Below, piece after piece: positions 31,401 to 42,039 of a stretch of DNA of 64,000 nt (its first letter is position 1; each line of letters starts with the position of its first letter). Under the pieces are notes generated by a model that was not told where the DNA came from, made no database searches, and was given only the letters and a program-made list of their open reading frames with translations. This DNA is from an uncultured Hyphomicrobiaceae bacterium (GTDB taxonomy: Bacteria; Pseudomonadota; Alphaproteobacteria; Rhizobiales; CAMYJA01): positions 31,128 through 95,127 of the forward strand of contig CAMYJA010000001.1 of the NCBI GenBank assembly GCA_947258705.1. The letters are read 5' to 3'. A program made the translations under genes and the position numbers.

Positions 31401-31716
31401 GCGCGGTTTCGACTTGAAGCTTGTCTCCCCGGCCTTCCGTAAAGTCGGCAAGCTTGGTGATCTCAAGACGATCCTGATCAGGACTGATGACGATGGATTC
31501 AAGCGCATGCGAAGCCATCGGCGCAAGCACCAGACCGAAAGCGAAGTAAAACGGCGCACAAAGCCAACCGGGTTTCCGCGAAAATGAAACAACGCGCTCC
31601 GGAAAAAAGGAACATAAGAACATCAGAAGAGGTCCCGCGTCACCTGATATTCCTATCCTGCCCGAAAAGCTGGCCATCGTTTTCGACAAATTGATATCAA
31701 TCCCTTCATTCCTCAA
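28417..31716 (-). CDS. Membrane sensor with periplasmic domain, multi-TM region, PAS, degenerate GGDEF (GGDQF) and EAL phosphodiesterase domains
   Basis: 1099 aa. N-terminal periplasmic segment followed by about 7 hydrophobic helices (7TMR-DISM-like). PAS-like 'WEWNARRDEINVS...'. 'RVGGDQFAILF' sits at 29743..29757. EAL motifs 'GFEALIRW', 'DDFGTGFSSL', 'KIDKSLV' and 'EGVET'. About 110-aa Gln/Pro/Ser-rich tail. The true start is uncertain because several in-frame Met codons are available. Confidence 0.88.
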   Translation of the reverse strand: MRNEGIDINLSKTMASFSGRIGISGDAGPLLMFLCSFFPERVVSFSRKPGWLCAPFYFAFGLVLAPMASHALESIVISPDQDRLEITKLADFTEGRGDKLQVETAPGADGIASRMSVDAMVTGTSPNWVVFALKNPTDKPIERWMVVDRYEIIGSGVLWPDLDARQIERVTPSLGFVPERVADDQADIFRVTIGAGKTVTYIAELSSTRFPRIHLWNPIAFEKKKRNRTLFNGMMLGIVGLLTIFLVAVFAANHRLIFPVSAILSMSVLAYFCIDFGFWHKIFKLTPETNAYYRAVAEASMAASIVIFLYAFLRIGVWHGWIRLLFGVWILVQLAIVTGAILDPRLAASFARFSFSVIAVLGSILILYLSLRGQDRALSIVPTWLLFLVWLFGAGVAVLGHLSGEIVSSALVAGLALILVLIGFTVTQYAFKSGGRLYGGPPNQMQIRSQAIKGAGASVWEWNARRDEINVSHDLEDHLGLNNGELNTRVVDWIDYIHPIDRERFRLMLQTFKEKGEGSVNIDFRLRRTDSSYKWFTLEAAAMPSSDNRTIKYAGLLRDVTDNKRAHERLMHDAVHDSLTGLPNRELFLDRLAVAIGRIKSEGAPFPTVIFIDIDRFKNVNNSFGLVVGDSMLLTMARRLARHLGPQDTLARVGGDQFAILFSTSLEPRSIAMLAERLRRSLRSPMKIAGNDIILTGSIGIAVYDGQQATHQDVLREAEIAMYRAKKSGADRIEIFRPDMRNDQDECVALESELRQAIEKKQIKILYQPIMHLAQEDLAGFEALIRWDHPGLGLLKPEEFLGIAEDSDIIAGLGSHVLGRSAVEAARWQKVLPKAGSPLSVSVNISSRDLFRKNLIQDIRHILGRETVPKGSLRLEITESLVMENPEQAVEILEWLRSAGAGLSMDDFGTGFSSLAYLHRFPFDTVKIDKSLVFGCGRDDKTRAIVQSIVVLSHELGKAVVAEGVETKEDAAYLRSIGCDYAQGYYFGPPMEGGDVIDLLKLIRKNEKREQKAGMFGALTRKNEEKSEAANASAPVNGSQQNSHIQPQPTAAIRPQSSPGQMPSQPSAAPTGDQVRHQAQHGRPARGQLITKLADNASK

Positions 31717-31808
31717 CCGCCGTCATGGAGCAATGATCAACCCGGCGGCAAATTCTTTGAAGCCCCCATCATGATCTGACACTGTCACATTGAGCCACGC
31801 TCATGAGC

Positions 31809-32396
31809 CTACGGCCTCGGATCGTTCTCCAGCAATGCATACACGACGTGATCCTGCCAATCGTTATTTATTTTCAAATAACTGCGGGCCAAACCTTCTT
31901 TCTGAAATCCGTTTCGCTCCAGCACGCGCATCGACGGTTTATTATTTGGCAGGCAAGCCGCCTCCAGCCGATGAAGATTAAGAACGTCAAAAACGAACGG
32001 AATAATCGCACTGACACTTTGTGACATATATCCCTGTCCGGAAAATGGCGCGCCAATCCAATATCCCAGGGAAGCCGATTGAGTCACACCTCTGGTCACA
32101 TTGCCCAATGATAAACCTCCCAGAAGCTGATTGTCCTCTTTCCTGAATATCAAAAAGGCATAGCCACGGCCATCGCGCATTTCCCTCTGATAATGATTAA
32201 GCCGCCGGCGAAATGCAGACTTGGTCAGCTCGTCATCCGCCCATAGCGGCTCCCGTGGCCTGAGGAACTCCATACTCATTCCTCTGAGCTCCGACCAGCG
32301 CGCGTAATCGGACATAATTGGAATCCTGAGCATAACATGCTCGCCATGAACTATCGGCTCGGGATTATTTGAAGTGACTGAACGTAAAAAAACCAT
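31809..32396 (-). CDS. GNAT-family N-acetyltransferase (RimJ/RimL-like)
   Basis: 'GLSLGNVTRGVTQSASLGYWIGAPFSGQGYMSQSV' and 'LHRLEAACLPNNKPSMRVLERNGFQKEG' fit the RimJ/RimL acetyltransferase pattern. Confidence 0.8.
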   Translation of the reverse strand: MVFLRSVTSNNPEPIVHGEHVMLRIPIMSDYARWSELRGMSMEFLRPREPLWADDELTKSAFRRRLNHYQREMRDGRGYAFLIFRKEDNQLLGGLSLGNVTRGVTQSASLGYWIGAPFSGQGYMSQSVSAIIPFVFDVLNLHRLEAACLPNNKPSMRVLERNGFQKEGLARSYLKINNDWQDHVVYALLENDPRP

Positions 32397-32513
32397 GGTC
32401 CAACCAGTCTAACCAATTAAATTCTCAAACAAAACTCGTGTAGCCCCTCGTTTGATAGAATCGAATCACGAAACAAGGGATTGCCCTATTGTGACAGAAC
32501 TTGTGGCAAAAAT

Positions 32514-33782
32514 TCATGTGGTGATTTTTGATTTCCACCAATGTTCGATCAACTCATTCTCCATATCGGGGCCGACAATTGCCAATGTGGGTTTCTTGGT
32601 TTCCAGCAAGGAACTGGCGAAATGACGAAGACTGGTGGAGTTGACCCTTTCGACTTTCTCGACCAGCTCTTGCGAACTCAATACTGTTCCAAAAGCAAAA
32701 ATTTGCCGGGCCATTTGTTCGGCCCTGCCCATAGAGCTTTCAAGCCCCATCAAAAGTCCGGCCTTCAATTGCGCTTTAGACCTTTGAATTTCAGGCATCT
32801 TGAGCCCATCCCCGGCAACATCCTCCATTTCCGACCTGATGATCTCCAGCAACTGACCAAGCATATCGCTCCGCGTTGCAGCATGGATGCCAAATATACC
32901 CGTATCGGAATGCCCAATGACAAAAGAGTAAATCGAGTAGCATAAACCTCGGCGCTCACGCACCTCCTGAAACAACCTTGATGACATTCCGCCACCCATA
33001 AGCCCCGAAAATACCAGTGCATCATAATAGCGTTCATCATTAAAATCCGGCCCTTCAAAGGCAAACACCAAATGGCTTTGCTCAAATGGCCGGCGCTCGA
33101 ATTGCGTGCCCCCGACATATCTGGCGGGTACGACGGCAATTTCCTCGCAACAGGGCAGATCTTCAAATATTGTCTCGCAATGGCGGACAAATTGATCATG
33201 CTGCACCGCGCCCGCTGCACTGACTACAATGCGGTCCGCACGATAGTGCTGAGACATATACTGCCTGATATCTTCTGGTTGAATATTCCTGACCGATTGA
33301 ACGCTGCCCAGAATAGTCCTCCCGAGAGGCTGTTCGGGATAGGCGATATCTTGGGCCAGATCATAAACTAGATCATCGGCACAATCCTTAGATGCCGAAA
33401 TTTCCTGCAAAATCACATCACGTTCACGCTCAAACTCCTGCGCATCAAGCACTGGATTAAGCGCAATATCACCCAATATTTCCAGGCCAAGCGCCACGTC
33501 ATCACGAAGCACACGCGCATAATATGCCGTAAGTTCCTTCGATGTCGCCGCGTTCAAATCCCCTCCGACCGTTTCGATCTCTTCGGCTATCTCCTGGGCG
33601 CTACGGCGACCGGTGCCTTTAAACGCCATATGTTCCAGAAAGTGAGAAATGCCATGCTCTTTTTCACTCTCGTTGCGGCCACCAACATTGACCCATAAGC
33701 CAAGAGACGCGGTTTCAAATTCGGGCATCTCATGTGTCACGATCCGCAAACCGTTGCTCAAAGTCGTTAGCTCAACACTCAT
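32514..33782 (-). CDS. M16-family zinc metallopeptidase (pitrilysin/MPP-like)
   Basis: Inverted zinc motif 'GISHFLEHMAFKGT' (HxxEH) with the downstream Glu region. 4-nt overlap with thrC. Confidence 0.88.
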   Translation of the reverse strand: MSVELTTLSNGLRIVTHEMPEFETASLGLWVNVGGRNESEKEHGISHFLEHMAFKGTGRRSAQEIAEEIETVGGDLNAATSKELTAYYARVLRDDVALGLEILGDIALNPVLDAQEFERERDVILQEISASKDCADDLVYDLAQDIAYPEQPLGRTILGSVQSVRNIQPEDIRQYMSQHYRADRIVVSAAGAVQHDQFVRHCETIFEDLPCCEEIAVVPARYVGGTQFERRPFEQSHLVFAFEGPDFNDERYYDALVFSGLMGGGMSSRLFQEVRERRGLCYSIYSFVIGHSDTGIFGIHAATRSDMLGQLLEIIRSEMEDVAGDGLKMPEIQRSKAQLKAGLLMGLESSMGRAEQMARQIFAFGTVLSSQELVEKVERVNSTSLRHFASSLLETKKPTLAIVGPDMENELIEHWWKSKITT

Positions 33783-35185
33783 GACGCAGCCTTACCCACC
33801 CTGGAATTCTCTTCGATAAACCCAATCAGCGCGTCCACATCGTTTTCTAGAACGACATAGCGCTCTTCGAGCGTCGCCTGCTCAGTCATCGACAACGGTT
33901 GATCTGGCGCCTTTCCAATGGCTTTTTCAACCACATCGGGAAATTTAGCCGGATGCGCAGTTGACAAGACAACAATGGGGGCATTCATATTTTCGGTCTT
34001 GCGCGCAACGGCCAGGCCGACAGCCGTATGCGGATCGGCCACATATCCGGTATCCTCATAAAGGGCCTTGATCGTATCGATCGTTTCTTCTTCGTCCGCA
34101 CGTCCGGCCGAAAACCCTTCTCTCAATTTCAAGAGCTCCCCGTCCAACAGCGCGAAGCTGCCCTTCGATCCGAGCTCTTCCATCAATGAAACGATCCTGG
34201 CCGGAATCTCTCCGCCAATATCAAAAAGCAAACGTTCAAAATTGCTCGATATCTGTATGTCCATGCTGGGGCTCGATGTTGGCACCACCCCGAGCGGTTC
34301 ATAGCGACCTGTTTCGTGGGTCCGCGCAAGAATATCGTTCACATTCGTGGCGATGATCAATCGCTCTATGGGTAGCCCCATCTTGCGCGCCACATAACCT
34401 GCATAAATATCTCCGAAATTCCCAGTGGGAACGGAATAGCTTATCGGCCTGAAAGGGGCGCCCAAGGCAACCGCGGATGAGAAGTAATAAACGATCTGTG
34501 CCATGATCCGGCCCCAGTTGATCGAATTTACCCCGGCAATCTTCAAGCTGTCACGAACTTCACTGTTATTGAAAAGAGCTTTAACCAGCCCCTGGGCATC
34601 ATCGAAATTACCCTCAAGCGCGATATTGTGAACGTTCGGATCAGGAACTGTCGTCATCTGGCGTCGTTGAACTTCGCTGACCCGGCCCTTCGGGTGCAAA
34701 ACGAATATGTCGATAGCATCGCGCCCCTTAAACGCTTCGATAGCCGCACCGCCCGTATCCCCGGACGTTGCTACAACGATCGTTGCACGCTCGCCTTTTT
34801 GTTGAAGTGCGCGGTCCATCAGCCGCGCCAAAACCTGCATTGCCACATCTTTGAACGCGAATGTGGGGCCGCGAAAGAGCTCAAGCAGCCATTCTGACGA
34901 GCCGACTTGAACAAGCGGCGCGACATTCTTGTTTGAAAACGTGCCATACGCGTTCTCAATGATGGAACGCAGCTCGTTCTCCGGCACGTCCTCACCGATA
35001 AAGGGCTGCATCACCCGAAAGGCGGCATCGTTATAATCAATACCCGCAAAAGCCTTGAGTTCCTCGAGACTGAATTGGGGCCATTTGTTGGGAATATATA
35101 GCCCGCCATCGCGCGCCAGCCCAGCAAGCAACACATCATTGAAACCGAGTTCCCCCGTTTCCCCTCGCGTACTGATATATTTCAA
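33779..35185 (-). CDS. thrC: Threonine synthase
   Basis: 468 aa. 'MKYISTRG' start, PLP-lysine motif 'GPTFAFKDVAMQ', 'ATSGDTGGAA' and 'PTGNFGDI'. Confidence 0.93.
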   Translation of the reverse strand: MKYISTRGETGELGFNDVLLAGLARDGGLYIPNKWPQFSLEELKAFAGIDYNDAAFRVMQPFIGEDVPENELRSIIENAYGTFSNKNVAPLVQVGSSEWLLELFRGPTFAFKDVAMQVLARLMDRALQQKGERATIVVATSGDTGGAAIEAFKGRDAIDIFVLHPKGRVSEVQRRQMTTVPDPNVHNIALEGNFDDAQGLVKALFNNSEVRDSLKIAGVNSINWGRIMAQIVYYFSSAVALGAPFRPISYSVPTGNFGDIYAGYVARKMGLPIERLIIATNVNDILARTHETGRYEPLGVVPTSSPSMDIQISSNFERLLFDIGGEIPARIVSLMEELGSKGSFALLDGELLKLREGFSAGRADEEETIDTIKALYEDTGYVADPHTAVGLAVARKTENMNAPIVVLSTAHPAKFPDVVEKAIGKAPDQPLSMTEQATLEERYVVLENDVDALIGFIEENSRVGKAAS

Positions 35186-35275
35186 ATCCCTGCCCTTATA
35201 TTGGCCGCCATCACCAACGGACGTGCATCATGAATTGAATTCGACGCCCTATGGATTCTCCTTGATGAATATGCC

Positions 35276-36004
35276 TCAAGAGGCGCGCCGCTGCGAAATC
35301 CAGTTTCTGAAAAAAAAGCCGTAAACGGCTATGAGAACGATGGCAAGACCATACCATGTGATCGCATATTGCAGATGGTTGTCGCGAAAAACTATCCGCG
35401 TCACACCGCCCTTCGGCCAGCCACCCGAAAGTTTTTGATCCTCCGCATCGATGAAAAATGGAATGGCGGTCGTGTGGGGCTTTTCATAGACCGAGGCGAA
35501 CATGTTCGAGAGGTCCCGCCAAAACCAGCGATTGCCTGCAATATCGTTTTCAGGCGAAAAATATCCCTTCACACCGGGCTTGCGCGCAAGCCCCGTAACG
35601 ACAGTCTCCCCCGAAATCTGCCCCAGAATTCGAGCGCGGGGCATTTTCAACCCGGACGGCACAAAACCCCTGTTGACCATAACGATCCTGCCGTGACTGA
35701 GTTCAAGAGGTGTATAAATGTGCCAACCCTTCTTTCCCTCAAATGTCGCAAAATAATGCCGCTCTTTTTCATGCTTGAATACGCCCCTTACGCGGACACG
35801 CATATATTCGATGTCGCCATCGTTCATCAGGCGCTCAAGCACATCCTCCAGTTTCACCGGATGTATCGATGCGCGACGCTCGACCTTTGCAATGAGCGCA
35901 TGTTTCCTGTCGCGCTGCGCAATCTGCCAGTTCCCGAGCCCTATGAGAAGCGCGACCATCGTTATCGTGAAAATTGAAAATGCGACAAAACTCGGAACGG
36001 ACAT
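35276..36004 (-). CDS. SURF1-family cytochrome oxidase biogenesis protein
   Basis: N- and C-terminal TM helices. 'LGNWQIAQRDRKHALI', 'RGFVP' and 'NHLQYAITWYGLA' are SURF1/Shy1 signatures. Adjacent to the cta cluster. Confidence 0.85.
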   Translation of the reverse strand: MSVPSFVAFSIFTITMVALLIGLGNWQIAQRDRKHALIAKVERRASIHPVKLEDVLERLMNDGDIEYMRVRVRGVFKHEKERHYFATFEGKKGWHIYTPLELSHGRIVMVNRGFVPSGLKMPRARILGQISGETVVTGLARKPGVKGYFSPENDIAGNRWFWRDLSNMFASVYEKPHTTAIPFFIDAEDQKLSGGWPKGGVTRIVFRDNHLQYAITWYGLAIVLIAVYGFFFRNWISQRRAS

Positions 36005-36034
36005 AAAAAACCTTTTTGTCCCTGAAAGACGTCC

Positions 36035-36397
36035 CTAACGCGCCATGTGCTTGAATTGCAGCGCGACCAGCAAGGCCTTGAAGGGCCTCAGTAGACCAAG
36101 TGCCATCCCCAGAATGACGGGTAGCCATAATACGGCATGCAGCCACAAGGGCGGAGAAAAAGTCAGCTCCAGCCAAAGCGCGGCGCCTGTCGCAAAAAAT
36201 CCGACAATCAACATGACAAACACCGCCGGACCGTCTCCGGGATTCGCGAATGCAAAATCAAGACCGCAATGACCGCAATAGTTGGCGATTGTGAGAAAAC
36301 CATTGAACAGCTTGCCTTCGCCGCATTGCGGACAGCGACCGTATAGCCCTGCTTTCAAGGGCGATACACCCTCACCGCTCAATGGTATCTCGTTCAA
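36035..36397 (-). CDS. DUF983-family zinc-ribbon membrane protein
   Basis: 'RCPQCGEGKLF...CGHCGLDF' zinc ribbon followed by two TM helices. Conserved between ctaE and SURF1 in alphaproteobacteria. Confidence 0.75.
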   Translation of the reverse strand: MNEIPLSGEGVSPLKAGLYGRCPQCGEGKLFNGFLTIANYCGHCGLDFAFANPGDGPAVFVMLIVGFFATGAALWLELTFSPPLWLHAVLWLPVILGMALGLLRPFKALLVALQFKHMAR

Positions 36398-36502
36398 TAA
36401 TCACGCCTCACACGGATGAATGCGCGCCGCGGAAACTCGGCCTGCGGCAATCCCGCCGCAGAGCTGAAATGATCAGCATCAGAATACGGATCGACTCATC
36501 GG

Positions 36503-37399
36503 TCAGTGCCCAACAGCGGATCCCGCACCCCAGATATATACGGCTGCAAACAGAAAGAGCCAGACCACGTCAACGAAATGCCAGTACCAGGCAGCCGCTT
36601 CAAATCCAAAATGCTGTTTGGGAGTAAAATGCCCCTTCAGCACGCGCAGAAGTATGATGGCGAGGAATATGGTGCCGACAATCACATGAAATCCATGAAA
36701 TCCTGTCGCCAAATAGAAGGTGGCGCCATAAATATGGCCTGAAAAATTGAACGCTGCATGGCCATATTCATAGTACTGCACGAAAGTAAACAAGATGCCG
36801 AGCGCAACAGTCAGGAAAAGTCCCCAGATGAGACCTTTCCGGTCGCCCTCGATGAGTGCGTGATGGGCCCATGTCACTGTCGTGCCGGATGTGAGCAGGA
36901 TCAGCGTATTAACCAGTGGCAGCTTCCAGGGATCAAAGACGCTCTTGAAGTTTTCGCTTTCCTTTGGCGGCCAGTGCCCGCCGGTCAACTCGTTCCGCTC
37001 AACCATGCCGATCACAGTTTTTGTTCCCTCGATTTCATGCACGGCGGCAGGAAATAGCGAAGCGTCAAAATAGGCCCAGAACCACGCCACGAAAAACATC
37101 ACTTCGGATATAATGAACAGCAACATGCCGTAGCGGAGATGAATCTGTACCACCGGCGTGTGATGCCCCTCATGTTCCGCCTCGCGGATAACATCCCGCC
37201 ACCAGAAGAACATCGTCAGGCTGACCAGCACCAGACCAGGCACGATATAATAGATATTTGCCGCGTCTTCTTTCTTGGAAATAAAATACATGATGGCGCC
37301 AAGGGCCAGCACGAAAGCACCTATAGCGCCGACAAGCGGCCATGGGCTTGGATCTACCAGATGATAGTCATGTTTTTTCTCTGCATGAGCATCAGCCAT
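36503..37399 (-). CDS. ctaE: Cytochrome c oxidase subunit III
   Basis: 298 aa, seven-helix protein with 'HDYHLVDPSPWP', 'GFHGFHVIVGT' and 'AAWYWHFVDVVWLFLF'. Confidence 0.93.
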   Translation of the reverse strand: MADAHAEKKHDYHLVDPSPWPLVGAIGAFVLALGAIMYFISKKEDAANIYYIVPGLVLVSLTMFFWWRDVIREAEHEGHHTPVVQIHLRYGMLLFIISEVMFFVAWFWAYFDASLFPAAVHEIEGTKTVIGMVERNELTGGHWPPKESENFKSVFDPWKLPLVNTLILLTSGTTVTWAHHALIEGDRKGLIWGLFLTVALGILFTFVQYYEYGHAAFNFSGHIYGATFYLATGFHGFHVIVGTIFLAIILLRVLKGHFTPKQHFGFEAAAWYWHFVDVVWLFLFAAVYIWGAGSAVGH

Positions 37400-37445
37400 T
37401 TTTAAAACCTCCAGTTTCCTCCCACGAGGATTAAACTTTTAATTG

Positions 37446-38072
37446 TTACGTCTGCTTCCCGTCCCGGCCTTTGACCCGAACCGGGACCGAATCCCGCGTT
37501 ACTTTTTTCCCAGAATCTTTCTCATTCTCGATCCGTTTGGGAAAGAATGTATAGGAAAGCGTTATCTCTTTGATACCACGCGCACTTACATCCTTGACGA
37601 TCTCAGGGTCGACATAAAACTGCACCGGCATCTCGATCTCCTGCCCAGGTTTGAGCATTTGCTCGGTAAAGCAGAAGCATTCGATTTTGCTGAAATAGCT
37701 TCCCGCCACCTCGGGGGTGACGTTGAAACTCGCAGTTCCGACCACCGGCTTGTCGGATACATTACGCGCCTTGTAAAACACGATCGTCGTTTCGCCAATC
37801 TTGACATCCACCTTGCGTTGCACCGGTTTGAATTGCCACGGCAGATCCCTCGCCACATTGGAATCGAAACGGACGGTAATGGTCTTGTCGAGAATCCTGT
37901 CCGCCCCCGCCGCTACGCGCTGCGTTGTGCCGCCATATCCTGTCACCTGACAGAATATGCGATAAAGCGGTACCGATGCATAAGAAAGACCGAGCATGCC
38001 AACCACAACGGCAACAGTCGTCAACGCGACTGTCATGTTAGAGCGCTGTGCCTTGTCTTTATCCCTCAGCAT
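37446..38072 (-). CDS. ctaG: Cytochrome c oxidase assembly protein CtaG/Cox11
   Basis: N-terminal TM helix. 'VPLYRIFCQVTGYGGT' and copper-binding 'CFCF' within 'FSKIECFCFTEQ'. Confidence 0.9.
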   Translation of the reverse strand: MLRDKDKAQRSNMTVALTTVAVVVGMLGLSYASVPLYRIFCQVTGYGGTTQRVAAGADRILDKTITVRFDSNVARDLPWQFKPVQRKVDVKIGETTIVFYKARNVSDKPVVGTASFNVTPEVAGSYFSKIECFCFTEQMLKPGQEIEMPVQFYVDPEIVKDVSARGIKEITLSYTFFPKRIENEKDSGKKVTRDSVPVRVKGRDGKQT

Positions 38073-38104
38073 TGATCAAACAGACTCCTGAAATACGACA
38101 CGAC

Positions 38105-38260
38105 CTAGAGCGGCCTGTTAAACACGTTGGCGCCAAGCTGTACGAGCGTGACGATAAAAAAAAGCACGATGAGAGCCACTATAGCCCACGCGATGGCAAC
38201 CGAACGCTGCCGTCGCTTTTTCTCATCCACTTGCACAGGTTCCATCTCAATATTCATCAT
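38105..38260 (-). CDS. Small single-TM protein between ctaB and ctaG (CoxF-like position)
   Basis: 51-codon ORF below the ORF-track cutoff: [51 protein letters not shown]. Its ATG overlaps the ctaB stop (ATGA). It has one clear TM helix and ends 33 nt before the ctaG start. Confidence 0.5.
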   Translation of the reverse strand: MMNIEMEPVQVDEKKRRQRSVAIAWAIVALIVLFFIVTLVQLGANVFNRPL

Positions 38261-39210
38261 CCGGTCACTCCGGAAAGTGGCCACATCGGCCCCACGCCAT
38301 GTTCGACCAGAAGTGTCGCGAATATGATGAAGAGGTAAAATATCGAGTAGCGGAATAATTTTCGCGCAGCCAGGTCGGCCTTACGCCCCTCCCGTGACCG
38401 GAACACGCAAACCGCCAGGAACAGGAACATTGCACCGGCCGTTACCGACACAAATCCATAAAGCAGACCGGCAAAACCCATCATGACCGGCAAGACAGCA
38501 ACTGGAACAAGAACCAGGCTGTAGAGCAGAATCTGCCGCCGCGTCTCGCCCCCGCCTGCCACAACGGGTAGCATAGGTATGCCGGCACTCTCGTAATCGC
38601 GCGAGCGATATAGCGCCAGCGCCCAAAAATGAGGCGGTGTCCAAAGAAAGATTATTAAAAACAGCAGAATGCTTTCAAGGCCCACGGTACCCGTCGCCGC
38701 AGCCCAGCCCACCATGGGCGGAAAAGCGCCCGCGGCACCGCCGATAACAATATTCTGTGGCGTGGTCCGCTTCAGCCACATCGTATAAATAACCACATAA
38801 AACGAGATCGTCAGAGCCAGAAGAGCCGCAGCCATCCAATTGACAAGAAGCCCGAGTGTAAGCACCGAGAATGCTGAAAGAAACAGACCGAAACCCAGCG
38901 CCTCCCCCGGTTTGATCCGCCCCATCGGAACGGGCCGCCCCATGGTTCGCTGCATTTTCGCGTCGATATCGGCATCATACCACATGTTAAGTGCGCCCGA
39001 AGCCCCGGCTCCGACCGCAATGCAGATCAGGGCGGCAATGCCGATAACCGGATTAAGGTCCGTTGGCGCCGCCACCATGCCGACGAGTGCCGTAAAAACA
39101 ACCAGCGACATGACTCTCGGCTTCAGCAAAGCAATAAAATCCCCGACACCTGCTTCGGCAGAATGTCTCCGGGACAGACTGAAATCAATTGGTGCAATCG
39201 TGTCGGACAT
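38257..39210 (-). CDS. ctaB: Protoheme IX farnesyltransferase (heme O synthase)
   Basis: 317 aa polytopic UbiA-superfamily protein. '[23 protein letters not shown]' is the Asp-rich prenyltransferase motif. Located in the cta cluster. Confidence 0.92.
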   Translation of the reverse strand: MSDTIAPIDFSLSRRHSAEAGVGDFIALLKPRVMSLVVFTALVGMVAAPTDLNPVIGIAALICIAVGAGASGALNMWYDADIDAKMQRTMGRPVPMGRIKPGEALGFGLFLSAFSVLTLGLLVNWMAAALLALTISFYVVIYTMWLKRTTPQNIVIGGAAGAFPPMVGWAAATGTVGLESILLFLIIFLWTPPHFWALALYRSRDYESAGIPMLPVVAGGGETRRQILLYSLVLVPVAVLPVMMGFAGLLYGFVSVTAGAMFLFLAVCVFRSREGRKADLAARKLFRYSIFYLFIIFATLLVEHGVGPMWPLSGVTG

Positions 39211-39326
39211 TGGTTTGCTCAGTTTCGAATTACGCTCTGTGAAAGATATCGAACGACATCTCTTTCGTTTCGGTTGGCCATGGTTACAGGCACCGCCCCC
39301 TGATCTAAGAGGGCGGTACCCATAAA

Positions 39327-40931
<1,605 letters not shown>

Positions 40932-41037
40932 CTACCCTGAGTTTTGATTTTTTCTCTGTCACTCGCGTGATCCGTCTCCGGTCACGCGCGAATTCAATCA
41001 CGTCACCATCCAGGCATGACGCCTGGCTAAAGTTGAA

Positions 41038-42039
41038 TTATTCCCTGATTGCAACCTTGTTCTTCCCGAGATCGGCAAGAACGGCCCGGCGGATGATATC
41101 CTTTGCCTTGTCTTCATTTTCGCTTTTCATTGCGGCACTCCATGCATCGAACACCGCCTGATCGACAACACGCACCGTAATGGGCATGAAAGCGTGATTG
41201 ACCCCGCATAGCTCCGAACATTGACCGTAATAGACGCCTTTTTCGCGCACTTTAAACCACGTCGCCGTCGTCCGGCCCGGAACGGCGTCAACTTTCGAGC
41301 CGAAAGCAGGTATCGTCCAGTTATGAATGACATCAGAGGCTGTCACGATAACATGCACCACCTTGCCGACAGGCACGACAACTTCATTATCGGTCGCTAG
41401 AAGTCGAGGCGCGGCAAGTCCGGTTTTAATCATTGCCGCACGATCCTCGTCATCAAGCATGTTTGCTTCAAACGTGAAGTCGCCCTGATCCGGATATTCA
41501 TATGACCAGTACCATTGATGTCCTATGGCCTTGATTGTGAGATCGGGCTTGGGAAAACTATATTGCTTGTAGAGGAGTTGAAATGACGGGATTGCAATAA
41601 TGATCAGAATGAAGATCGGCACCACAGTCCAGAGAATTTCGATCAGCGTATTATGAGATGTCTTCGAAGGGACAGGATTGGCCGATTCACGAAACCGCAC
41701 AAGCACCACAATCAACAGCAGCAATACGAAAATCGAAATGGCCGTTATGATCAGGAGAAGCAGATTGTGAAAATCAATCACATCGTCAGCCACATCCGTG
41801 ACCGACGTTTGCAGACCAAGCTGATAGGGCTCTGCTATTCCCGTGCCGGCAATAGCGGCCGTCCCCCCCAAAAGAATACATAGTGAGGCCAAAACAGCCG
41901 GCATCCAATATGTGGTTTTTACACCTAAGAACATTCGTTCACTCCCGTTCCCCAAATTTTTTATCGGGATCACCCGATCTATTCGGTTGAATTTTTCAGA
42001 ACTGCAAAAGAACCCGTTGGCCATTTGCATATGTTTCAA
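41038..42039 (-). CDS. ctaC: Cytochrome c oxidase subunit II
   Basis: Two TM helices followed by a cupredoxin domain with the CuA site 'HNWTIPAFG...CSELCGVNHAFM'. The true start is probably an internal Met (for example MFLGVKTTYWMP...). Confidence 0.92.
   Translation of the reverse strand: MKHMQMANGFFCSSEKFNRIDRVIPIKNLGNGSERMFLGVKTTYWMPAVLASLCILLGGTAAIAGTGIAEPYQLGLQTSVTDVADDVIDFHNLLLLIITAISIFVLLLLIVVLVRFRESANPVPSKTSHNTLIEILWTVVPIFILIIIAIPSFQLLYKQYSFPKPDLTIKAIGHQWYWSYEYPDQGDFTFEANMLDDEDRAAMIKTGLAAPRLLATDNEVVVPVGKVVHVIVTASDVIHNWTIPAFGSKVDAVPGRTTATWFKVREKGVYYGQCSELCGVNHAFMPITVRVVDQAVFDAWSAAMKSENEDKAKDIIRRAVLADLGKNKVAIRE

Noticed and set aside
37443-38075. 210-aa plus-strand ORF whose ends coincide within 3 nt with the minus-strand ctaG gene (37446..38072)
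   Set aside because: It is codon-aligned antisense to ctaG. In that register antisense stops arise only from sense TTA/CTA/TCA codons, which are rare in this genome, so long shadow ORFs are expected. The translation is Arg/His/Leu-rich with no recognisable motif, whereas the ctaG strand has clear Cox11 motifs (CFCF).
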